DNA from: Patescibacteria group bacterium UBA5272
GTDB lineage: Bacteria; Patescibacteriota; Minisyncoccia; Phycocordibacterales; UBA5272
Reading direction: 5' to 3'
Length of the DNA: 64,000 nt
Assembly (NCBI GenBank): GCA_002408565.1
Contig: DHTA01000005.1
Coordinates: 178,383-242,382, forward strand
The notes below the pieces were generated by a model. The model was not told the DNA's origin. It saw nothing but the letters and a program-made list of their open reading frames with translations, and made no database searches. The position numbers and the translations under genes are program-made. Below are positions 1-7,926 of this stretch, in pieces (position 1 is the stretch's first letter; each line of letters opens with the position of its first letter).

Positions 1-1032
1 CCCTAATTCTTCATCATAATACTTACGTCTTGTATAACTACTATACAAAACACCTTTATAAGCAAAACATATGTCAAAAGCATAAATCTCATCTACAGGA
101 GTATTATTTATAGTAACAATTTTAAAAGACCCGTCAGAATTTCTTCCTTTTAAAATATATGAATTTAACAAGAAAGAAGTAATATGATAATCATTCAAAT
201 CTCCTAATATCAAATGTGGGTTAAATACTATATTAGAATTTAATATAAATTGCTCATCATAAGACATTTCTTCATTTATATCATGAGAAATTGGAAAAAT
301 ATTTCTACCTTGAAGATTTATTTCATCTGCTTTTTCTTCATAAGATTTATCAAATATCTCTTTTTCTGATTCAACAACTGAAGATTTATGATTTTCCAAA
401 GAAGATTTCTGGGGAGTTCTAGAAGTACTATTTTGAGATGTTTCATTTTGAGACGGCAAACCCTGTATTGATCTTGCAAGCTCTTTTTTAATAATTTGCA
501 TTTTTGTTACCCTTGCTGGTTGTTTAGCATCTGGAAAATGTTCTCGTTTAATTTTTACGGCCCCATATCCCACTCCAGTACCAAGTACCAAACAAAACAT
601 AAGATTCCAAAAAGAAAACTTTTTTGCCATAGGGAAAAAATAAGTCATAAAGCTCACAAGCAAATCCCCTTTCCAAGTCTTAATTTCATGTGTACGCATA
701 AGACGGGTGTCAATGTGTATCACCTTGCTATCTCTACGATATTCTGGGGGAATATAAATTTTTCCCCAAAATCCTAAAAAAGGATAAAAATATGTCCCAG
801 ACTCCAAAGTCTTAATCTCTTTATTCAGAAGCCTTAAAACCAAAACTCTTTCTTCATTAAATGGTACTGAGACCATAGAACTTAAGAAAAAAGCTGTAGC
901 TAAAAAAATCTGAACAACATAACTTTCTGGCGCAAATCTCATGTCCTTGTATACAAGGAAAGCATAGATTCCGGCCCAGATCATGACTATCCACAAAATT
1001 GAAGATAGTGATTTGAAAATTGCTTTTTCCAT
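1..1032 (-). CDS. hypothetical membrane protein (partial; 3' end runs off the window)
   Basis: Hand translation of the minus strand from ATG at 1032..1030 (MEKAIFKSLSSILWIVMIWAGIYAF...) stays open to position 1, exactly 344 codons. The N-terminus is hydrophobic. It was absent from the ORF track because it has no stop inside the window. Confidence 0.4.
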   Translation of the reverse strand, partial: MEKAIFKSLSSILWIVMIWAGIYAFLVYKDMRFAPESYVVQIFLATAFFLSSMVSVPFNEERVLVLRLLNKEIKTLESGTYFYPFLGFWGKIYIPPEYRRDSKVIHIDTRLMRTHEIKTWKGDLLVSFMTYFFPMAKKFSFWNLMFCLVLGTGVGYGAVKIKREHFPDAKQPARVTKMQIIKKELARSIQGLPSQNETSQNSTSRTPQKSSLENHKSSVVESEKEIFDKSYEEKADEINLQGRNIFPISHDINEEMSYDEQFILNSNIVFNPHLILGDLNDYHITSFLLNSYILKGRNSDGSFKIVTINNTPVDEIYAFDICFAYKGVLYSSYTRRKYYDEELG

Positions 1033-1187
1033 CTTTATTGTTTTTAGTGTTTTTAATGAGCTATTGAGATATATATTGATTTTGAAAATTAAAAAGAGTC
1101 TAATAAGACTCTTTTTAACCCAAAAATAATACACTTAACTAAAATTAAAATACTACATTCCTAAACAAAAATCAAGGATTAAATATG

Positions 1188-1260
1188 TGGACCCTAGCGG
1201 ATTCGAACCGCTCACCTCCGGAGTGCAAAACCGGCGCTCTACCAAATGAGCTAAGGGCCC
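1188..1260 (-). tRNA. tRNA-Ala (anticodon TGC)
   Basis: The reverse complement folds as a cloverleaf: acceptor GGGCCCT/AGGGTCC with the G3:U70 Ala identity pair, D-arm GCTC..GAGC, anticodon loop TTTGCAC, and T-arm AGCGG-TTCGAAT-CCGCT. It is 73 nt with no encoded CCA. Confidence 0.85.
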
Positions 1261-1316
1261 AATTAAGGACGGAGGGTATTATAGCATAAGAAAATAATTT
1301 TTAAAAGAATCTTTTG

Positions 1317-1390
1317 AGGTGCGAGCGGGATTCGAACCCGCGAGTGGCGGTTTTGCAAACCGCAGCGTTAAGCCACTTCGCCATCGCACC
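1317..1390 (-). tRNA. tRNA-Cys (anticodon GCA)
   Basis: The reverse complement is GGTGCGA..GCGGT-TTGCAAA-ACCGC..GCGGG-TTCGAAT-CCCGC-TCGCACC-T. The anticodon is GCA and the discriminator U73 is the Cys identity element. Confidence 0.85.
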
Positions 1391-1399
1391 AGTGAGACC

Positions 1400-1450
1400 A
1401 TTTTAGCACAAAAATATTATATTTAAAATTTCAAAAAAATATGCTAGAAT
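1400..1450. promoter_or_regulatory. divergent tRNA promoters with mirrored extended -10 elements
   Basis: TGCTAGAAT on the plus strand at 1442..1450 sits 14 nt before tRNA-Leu. TGCTAAAAT on the minus strand (plus-strand coordinates 1400..1408) sits 9 nt before tRNA-Cys. Neither has a clear -35. Confidence 0.45.
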
Positions 1451-1464
1451 ATTTTAAGTAAAAT

Positions 1465-1546
1465 GCTCGGGTGGTGGAATCGGTATACACGAAAGACTTA
1501 AAATCTTTTGCTTCACGGCTTGCGGGTTCAAGTCCCGCCCCGAGCA
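1465..1546 (+). tRNA. tRNA-Leu (anticodon TAA), long variable arm
   Basis: Acceptor GCTCGGG/CCCGAGC, anticodon stem AAAGA/TCTTT with loop CTTAAAA, a 13-nt variable arm, T-arm GCGGG-TTCAAGT-CCCGC, and discriminator A. Length is 82 nt. Confidence 0.85.
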
Positions 1547-1549
1547 CAT

Positions 1550-2368
1550 ATGAATATTATTCACTCAATAATTTTGGGCATAGTAGAAGGCATTACAGAA
1601 TTTTTGCCAATTTCTTCAACTGGACACCTAATTCTGGTCTCACATTTGTTAAAACTTCCTAGCACTGAAACTTTGAAAAGTTTTTTAATAGTTATTCAGC
1701 TTGGAGCGATTTTAGCAGTTCTGGTTTTATATATTAAAGAATTATTTAATTGGGAGACTATTAAAAAATTATTTATAGCTTTTTTACCAACCGGAATAAT
1801 CGGCTTAACTGTTTATAAAATAGTAAAAGGTTATTTGATGGATAATATTTTAATAGTAATTATTTCTTTATTTTTGGGAGGCATAGCTATGATTTTAATA
1901 GAAAAAAATTATATTCGCAAAAATAAATACACCCATCCAGAATTTGATAAAAAATTGACAGGTAAACAAGAAAAAGGTTTGGATATTAAAGAAATAACTT
2001 ACAAAAAAGCCTTTTCTTTAGGTTTGTGGCAAAGCGTGGCCATGATACCGGGAGTTTCTAGAAGTGGCGCCACAATAATTGGTGGACTTTTAATGAATCT
2101 AAAAAGAGAAACTATTGTAAAGTTTTCGTTTCTTTTGGCTATACCTACAATGTTAGGAGCTTCTGTTTTAGATCTTTATAAAAGCTATCATCTTTTTTCT
2201 TCGGCCGATTTTTTAAATATTGGAATAGGTTTTGTAATATCTTTTATTTTTGCTCTCATTTTTATCAAATGGCTTTTAGGGTATGTTCAAAAACATAATT
2301 TCATTCCTTTTGGTTGGTATAGAATAATTTTAGCTTTAGTTTTCTTTATAGTATTTTTCGTGATCTAA
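1550..2368 (+). CDS. uppP: undecaprenyl-diphosphatase
   Basis: Start trimmed to MNIIHSIILGIVEGITEFLPISSTGHL, which contains the UppP/BacA signature (EGxTEFLPISSTGH). The ORF-track N-terminal extension would read through tRNA-Leu. Stop is TAA. Confidence 0.85.
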   Translation: MNIIHSIILGIVEGITEFLPISSTGHLILVSHLLKLPSTETLKSFLIVIQLGAILAVLVLYIKELFNWETIKKLFIAFLPTGIIGLTVYKIVKGYLMDNILIVIISLFLGGIAMILIEKNYIRKNKYTHPEFDKKLTGKQEKGLDIKEITYKKAFSLGLWQSVAMIPGVSRSGATIIGGLLMNLKRETIVKFSFLLAIPTMLGASVLDLYKSYHLFSSADFLNIGIGFVISFIFALIFIKWLLGYVQKHNFIPFGWYRIILALVFFIVFFVI

Positions 2369-2384
2369 ATTTAGAAAAATAAAA

Positions 2385-2560
2385 AACCCTGAGGCGACGG
2401 AGTAATTCTACAACAATAATTCGAAAATTAATGTTCTAGGACTTTCTTCGTGGCCACTAGGGTTTTAGGTGAGGCATCGGGTATCATGGATTTTATAAAG
2501 ACTAACATTTTAATCTTCGAAAAGATAATGTGTCCCTCCCGGATCCTCTGATCTCTTTTA
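2385..2560. ncRNA. candidate structured non-coding RNA (class and strand undetermined)
   Basis: A GC-enriched island lies in a 308-bp AT-rich spacer and has no credible ORF. Long-range complementary segments: AAAACCCTGAGG (2385-2396) pairs with CCACTAGGGTTTT (2453-2466), and GAGGCATCGGG (2471-2481) with CCCGGATCCTC (2539-2549). A local hairpin ATCTT-CGAA-AAGAT is at 2511-2524 (UUCG-looped on the minus strand), and the minus strand ends ...CCUCAGGGUUUUUUAUUUUU. Confidence 0.25.
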
Positions 2561-2645
2561 GAGAACTTTTTATCTAAATTCAATCTATCACAAGCATATT
2601 TTTTTTGCAAGTCCCTTTGTGGATAAAAAGCTATAAAAATTTCTA

Positions 2646-2654
2646 TGCTATAAT
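2646..2654 (+). promoter_or_regulatory. extended -10 promoter element TGCTATAAT upstream of smc
   Basis: An exact TGnTATAAT lies 23 nt upstream of the smc ATG, with no clear -35. Confidence 0.4.
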
Positions 2655-2676
2655 TTTAAAAAAGAAAACTTATTTT

Positions 2677-5049
2677 ATGTATCTGAAATCCATCAGCATG
2701 CAAGGCTTTAAAAGCTTTGCTAAAAAAGTAAATATAGACCTAACCGCACCCGTGACAGGTGTAGTAGGTCCAAACGGATCAGGAAAATCTAATGTGGCAG
2801 AAGCTATTCGTTTTGTATTAGGAGAGCAAAGTATGAAAGGACTTCGCTCCAAAACTGGAAGCGATTTGATTTTTAAAGGATCCTCAAAAATTACCCCTCT
2901 TTCTCGAGCTAGTGTTTCTATGTATCTTGATAATACTTCTAAAAAGATAGATGAGAAAATTATTAATTCCAATACAGAAACGAGTTCTGCACTTTCTAAT
3001 TTTATTACTTTAGATGAAATTGTTTTAACTCGCGAAATTTATTCTGATGGTACTAGCGAATATTTAATTAATGATACCAAGGTTAGACTAAAAGATGTGC
3101 AAGAGTTATTGGCTATGGCCAATATTTCTGTAGCTGGTCACACCATAGTCAATCAAGGAGAGGCAGATAGAATACTTTTGTCCAACAATGGAGAAAGAAG
3201 AGAAATGATAGAAGATGCTTTAGGTTTGAGAATTTATCAAATGCGTATTAAAGAGGGAGAGAAAAAATTAGAAAAAGTAAAAATTCATCTCAACCAGATC
3301 GCTTCCATGAGAAGAGAAAATCTTCCTCATTTAAATTATTTGAAAAAACAAGTTAAAGAATTAGAAAAAAGAGAAGAAGAGATTGGCTTTATTGATGAGA
3401 TGTTAAAAGTTTATCTTTATAAAGAAGACATTGAAATAGAAAGAAAGAAAAAAGAGATTCCTAAAAATGGGGTAGAGGGTCAAATTGACGCTTTAGAATC
3501 AGAGCTACATATTTTATCTGATGCCAAAAGAGAAGCTGAAAAAAAAATAGACTCCGAACAAGAAAGTAATGAAAAAGTATTAGAACTATCTCAAGAATTA
3601 AAAAATATTGAAGATGAATTTAGGCAGCTTTCTGAAGAAAGAGAAGAAGTTTACAGGGAAAAATTAAATTTAGAAGTAGAAATAAAGTTTCTAGAGAAAA
3701 AACAGGAAGAAATAAAAAATCAAAAAAATATTTCTCAAGTAGTTGAAGATGTAAAAAATTATTTAATAGATAAAGAAAAAATCCAAGCTTTTGAGGGAAG
3801 TAGGTTTTTACTTTGGAAAAATATTTTTGAATTATACGACTTAAAAAGTTATGAAGATTTATATATAGCCTTAAAAGATGCCAACGTGAATGAGAGAGCT
3901 TTTTTTGAAGAAATAAAATACAAAGAAACCACAAAAGAATTTTCAAACTCCCCTATTGAAAACTTTTCTCAAGAAATTAAAAATCTAGAGGACAAATTGT
4001 TTGAAAAGAAAAACACTTTAGAAAAATTAGATGAAAATAAGGCAAGTATTTTCTCAAAAAAAGAAATTAAAAACAAAGAGCTAGACCATCTTAAAAATGA
4101 AGTCAAAGAAAATACTTATAAGCTAGACAACAAAATTTTGCAACTCAAACTTGATTTAGAAAAGCTTTATTCTCAAAAAGAAGCTATACGAATAAAAGAA
4201 GAAAATCTTGCCAACCAAGAACAAAATTTTGAAACTTTGCTTCAAGAGATGAGTAATTTGATTGGAAATAAAGTTTTTGATTATAAAAATTTTAACGAGA
4301 ATACTATGCCAGATGAAGAAAGAGAATTATTTGAACTTTCTCAACATGATTTAGCTAAAAAATTAGAAAGAAGTAGAATCCGTATTGAAGAAAGTGGCAT
4401 AATCAATGCTAAAGATATTTTGGACGAATATAATCATCTTTCTGAAAGAGACAACTTTTTAGCTGGAGAAATTTCTGATTTAGAAAACTCCCAAAACAAT
4501 TTAGAATCTTTAATCAAAGATTTAAAAAATACTTTACTCAATGACTTTAATCTCGGTTTACAAAAAATTAATCATAATTTTAACAATTATTTCAGTGAGA
4601 TTTTTCCTGGAGGTAAAGCTTCCCTTTCTTTAGAGAAAATATCTAAACCGATTGTTGATGGGGTCAATTTGGAAGAAGAGGAAGAAGAAAAAGAACCTGG
4701 TATAGAAATATCTATCAGTTTACCAGAAAAGAAAATTAAAGATTTACAAATGCTTTCTGGTGGAGAAAGAGCTCTTTCTTCTATAGCTTTAATTTTTGCC
4801 ATGTCTTCTATTAATCATCCACCATTTATGGTGCTGGATGAAACTGATGCTGCGCTTGATGAGTCTAACGCTCGTAAATATGGAAAAATGATTCGCCGAC
4901 TTTCTGAAAGATCCAAACTTCTTGTCATTACTCACAATCGTGAATCTATGAATCAATGTGATGTGCTTTATGGAGTGACAATTGGTTCAGATGGATCTTC
5001 TAAACTTCTTTCTATCAAATTTAATGAAGCGACAGAGTACGCAAAATAA
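2677..5049 (+). CDS. smc: chromosome partition protein SMC (short form, ~790 aa)
   Basis: Start trimmed to MYLKSISMQGFKSFA, the conserved SMC N-terminus. Walker A is GPNGSGKSN, there is a long coiled-coil middle, the ABC signature LSGGERALSSIAL, and Walker B FMVLDETDAALD. Confidence 0.85.
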   Translation: MYLKSISMQGFKSFAKKVNIDLTAPVTGVVGPNGSGKSNVAEAIRFVLGEQSMKGLRSKTGSDLIFKGSSKITPLSRASVSMYLDNTSKKIDEKIINSNTETSSALSNFITLDEIVLTREIYSDGTSEYLINDTKVRLKDVQELLAMANISVAGHTIVNQGEADRILLSNNGERREMIEDALGLRIYQMRIKEGEKKLEKVKIHLNQIASMRRENLPHLNYLKKQVKELEKREEEIGFIDEMLKVYLYKEDIEIERKKKEIPKNGVEGQIDALESELHILSDAKREAEKKIDSEQESNEKVLELSQELKNIEDEFRQLSEEREEVYREKLNLEVEIKFLEKKQEEIKNQKNISQVVEDVKNYLIDKEKIQAFEGSRFLLWKNIFELYDLKSYEDLYIALKDANVNERAFFEEIKYKETTKEFSNSPIENFSQEIKNLEDKLFEKKNTLEKLDENKASIFSKKEIKNKELDHLKNEVKENTYKLDNKILQLKLDLEKLYSQKEAIRIKEENLANQEQNFETLLQEMSNLIGNKVFDYKNFNENTMPDEERELFELSQHDLAKKLERSRIRIEESGIINAKDILDEYNHLSERDNFLAGEISDLENSQNNLESLIKDLKNTLLNDFNLGLQKINHNFNNYFSEIFPGGKASLSLEKISKPIVDGVNLEEEEEEKEPGIEISISLPEKKIKDLQMLSGGERALSSIALIFAMSSINHPPFMVLDETDAALDESNARKYGKMIRRLSERSKLLVITHNRESMNQCDVLYGVTIGSDGSSKLLSIKFNEATEYAK

Positions 5050-5079
5050 TTTTTAAATTTTACAAAACCAAAACCCTCT

Positions 5080-5100
5080 GCTATACTCTTGTGCTATAAT
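5080..5100 (+). promoter_or_regulatory. tandem extended -10 elements upstream of topA
   Basis: cTGCTATACTcttgTGCTATAAT gives two TGnTATA(A/C)T elements, 78-98 nt upstream of the topA ATG. Confidence 0.4.
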
Positions 5101-5177
5101 AAAAAATAATTATTTTGTGGAATTTTAATTCCTAATTAATTCTTAAACTGTGTTTTTATTTTTAAATAATATTTTAT

Positions 5178-7391
5178 ATGAAATTAGTAATCGTAGAATC
5201 CCCAAGTAAAGCCAAAACCATAGAAAAATATTTAGGCAAAGACTATACGGTCCGTGCTTCTATTGGGCATATTCGCGACTTACCAAAATCAAATAAAAAA
5301 GCTTTAGATATTGAAGGCGGATTTATTCCTTATTATGAAATAGCTAAAGGGAAAGAAAAAGTTGTTTCTGAGATAAGATCTTTGGCTAAAAAAGCAAATG
5401 AAGTGATTTTGGCAACTGACCCCGATCGCGAAGGAGAAGCTATCGCTTGGCATTTGCGAGAAGCGGCTGATTTAAAAAAATCCAAAAGAGCAGTTTTTCA
5501 TGAAGTGACTAAAGAAGCAGTCTTGGAGGCTATGAAAAATACAAGAGAAATAGACATGGATTTAAAAGAAGCTCAAGAAGCCAGAAGAGTCTTGGATAGA
5601 TTGGTGGGTTATGAACTTTCTGGAATCATTTGGAAAAAGGTTCGATATGGACTCTCTGCTGGACGTGTTCAATCTCCTGCTTTGCGTATAATAATGGAAA
5701 AAGAAAGAGAGATTCGAAAATTTGTACCTGTAAAATATTTTAATATTGCTGCAGAACTAGAAACTATTGGCAAATTAAAAGAATCTAAAAAATATAAATT
5801 AGTTTTTGATTGCGGATTGGAACCAGGATTAAAACCGAAACTAAATTCAAAAGAAGCTGAAGAATTTGCTAAAAAAATAGTAAAAGAAGGTAGAGCAGGA
5901 ACTTGGTATGTAAAAAATATTAAAGAGACTAATGTAAAATCTTCTCCTAAACCCCCTTTTACCACTTCCACGTTACAACAAACAGCTTCTAGTAGACTCG
6001 GATTTTCTCCTAAAAAAACCATGATGCTTGCTCAAAAGCTTTACGAAAAAGGATTCATAACTTATATGCGTACAGATTCTACCAATTTAGCTTCTTCAGC
6101 TATAACAGAGATCTCTTCTTTTATATCAAAACAATACGGTAAAAATTACCTAGAATCTCGAGTTTACAAAACAAAATCCAAAAATGCTCAAGAAGCTCAC
6201 GAGGCCATTCGCCCAACTCACGTTACTACTTTGAATGCTGGAGCAAATTCTGATGAAAAAAGACTTTACACTTTAATTTGGAGCAGAACTGTCGCCTCTC
6301 AAATGTCTAATACCCAACTTTTGAGAACCAAAATCGTCACCAATATCAGAAACACAGAAGACTACCCGAATTTTTATATTAATGGGTCTGTGGTAATTTT
6401 TGATGGCTGGTTAAAAGTCGATCCAGAAGGTAAAGGAGAAGACATTATGCTTCCTAAAATAAATATGGAAGATAACTTAAACCTAAAAGCTATCAACAGC
6501 CTCTCTAAAGAAACCTTGCCCCCTAGTAGATACAGTGAAGCTAGTTTGATTAAAGAATTAGAAAAAAGAGATATTGGTCGCCCATCAACTTACGCTTCAA
6601 TTGTCTCCACCATTGAAGATAGAGGTTATGTAGAAAAAATAAATAAGACTCTTATACCAACCGATACTGGCGAAGTAGTTTCTGACTTTTTGGAAGAACA
6701 TTTTGCTAAATATATTTCTGACGATTTTACTTCTGAAATGGAAGACGGCTTAGATAAAATAGCTGATGGAAAATTAACTTACAAAAAACTTTTAACTGAT
6801 TTTTATAAACCATTTCAAAAAGAAATTAAAGAGAAAGAAAAAATTGAGAAATCCAATAACTTTGGAGAAGCTCCTAAAGATATTAAATGTCCGATCTGTA
6901 ATTCTAAAATGATTATCAAACTTTCTAAAAATGGAAAATTTTATTCTTGTTCAAAATTTCCAAATTGCTCAGGCGCTAGAACTTTAGAAGGAGAAATTGT
7001 GGAAGGACCAAAAGAAACAGGAAAAACCTGTCCAAAATGTGGGAAAGGTAAACTCATAGAAAGAACTGGGCGTTATGGTAAATTTATAGCTTGCAACAAC
7101 TATCCAAAATGTAAATATATTGAAACTTCGGAAGAAGAAAGACAAAAGAAAGACACTGGGGTAAAATGTAACAAATGTGAGACTGGTTACTTAGAAGAAA
7201 GAAGAGGTCGTTTTGGAGTCTTTTATTCTTGTTCAAATTATCCAGATTGTAAATTAGCAATTAAAGCTCGTCCAACTGGAAACTATTGTAAATTGTGTGG
7301 AGAATTAATGATGGAAGGTACTAAAACAATCCCAGAAAGATGTTCGGATAAAACTTGTTCAAACCATAATCCTCATAAATTAAAAAACTAA
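5178..7391 (+). CDS. topA: DNA topoisomerase I with C-terminal zinc-ribbon repeats
   Basis: N-terminal Toprim MKLVIVESPSKAKTIEKYLG...GHIRDLP. The C-terminus carries four CxxC...CxxC zinc-finger units (CPICNSK.., CPKCGKG.., CNKCETG.., CKLCGEL..). Confidence 0.9.
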   Translation: MKLVIVESPSKAKTIEKYLGKDYTVRASIGHIRDLPKSNKKALDIEGGFIPYYEIAKGKEKVVSEIRSLAKKANEVILATDPDREGEAIAWHLREAADLKKSKRAVFHEVTKEAVLEAMKNTREIDMDLKEAQEARRVLDRLVGYELSGIIWKKVRYGLSAGRVQSPALRIIMEKEREIRKFVPVKYFNIAAELETIGKLKESKKYKLVFDCGLEPGLKPKLNSKEAEEFAKKIVKEGRAGTWYVKNIKETNVKSSPKPPFTTSTLQQTASSRLGFSPKKTMMLAQKLYEKGFITYMRTDSTNLASSAITEISSFISKQYGKNYLESRVYKTKSKNAQEAHEAIRPTHVTTLNAGANSDEKRLYTLIWSRTVASQMSNTQLLRTKIVTNIRNTEDYPNFYINGSVVIFDGWLKVDPEGKGEDIMLPKINMEDNLNLKAINSLSKETLPPSRYSEASLIKELEKRDIGRPSTYASIVSTIEDRGYVEKINKTLIPTDTGEVVSDFLEEHFAKYISDDFTSEMEDGLDKIADGKLTYKKLLTDFYKPFQKEIKEKEKIEKSNNFGEAPKDIKCPICNSKMIIKLSKNGKFYSCSKFPNCSGARTLEGEIVEGPKETGKTCPKCGKGKLIERTGRYGKFIACNNYPKCKYIETSEEERQKKDTGVKCNKCETGYLEERRGRFGVFYSCSNYPDCKLAIKARPTGNYCKLCGELMMEGTKTIPERCSDKTCSNHNPHKLKN

Positions 7392-7459
7392 AATAGTTAA
7401 ACAAAAAAAAGAGAGCTATCAATTCATGACAGCCCTCTGTGTTCTTGATTTTTGAGATT

Positions 7460-7807
7460 CTAATTACATTTTTTCAGGATATTGACAGGAGGTAACTTCT
7501 GTCTAATAAGAACTTTGTCGGCCGTTTTTGCCAATTCTCGACAATTGGGACCAACCATAAGAATCTTACTTTTTGGCATATCAAGTAAATAAGTGTGCAC
7601 ACCTCTATAGCGTACAACACTGACAAACTTAAATTCCGTATCCTTAATGTGAATGAAAGCTTTGTCTACCGCAGATCTTTTTGGAAAATTGGGTAAAGCC
7701 TCCATTTTAAAATCCTTTAAAACATCGTTTAAGACGATATTTTCGAAACAAGTGATTTCTTTTAACGCCTGTTCACTCAGGCGAGTTTTTGGTGAACACA
7801 TAATCAA
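7460..7807 (-). CDS. hypothetical protein (115 aa), no recognisable domain
   Basis: A lone ORF on the opposite strand between topA and rel. Stop is TAG. Coding status is not certain. Confidence 0.35.
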   Translation of the reverse strand: MIMCSPKTRLSEQALKEITCFENIVLNDVLKDFKMEALPNFPKRSAVDKAFIHIKDTEFKFVSVVRYRGVHTYLLDMPKSKILMVGPNCRELAKTADKVLIRQKLPPVNILKKCN

Positions 7808-7926
7808 ACTTTTTATTTGTTAAACTTCAAAGAACACTATAAATATATCCTATCAAAACAACCTTTATATGTCAAACTCTTTTTGGTTTTTGCTAATAAA
7901 CTAAAGATAATGATAAAATAAGTAAA

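Noticed and set aside
496-777. 93-aa plus-strand ORF from the track
   Set aside because: It lies antisense inside the much longer open minus-strand frame (1-1032), and its composition looks like a reverse-strand artefact.
1188-1546. tRNA cluster as an integration hotspot or island boundary
   Set aside because: No integrase, direct repeat of a tRNA 3' end, or compositional shift flanks it. The neighbours are core genes.
1471-1662. N-terminal extensions of the uppP ORF and an overlapping 63-aa ORF
   Set aside because: They read straight through tRNA-Leu(TAA). The UppP signature begins at the Met at 1550.
2428-2610. 60-aa minus-strand ORF in the uppP-smc spacer
   Set aside because: It overlaps the GC-rich structured island. 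There is no start context or family, and an RNA gene explains the region better.
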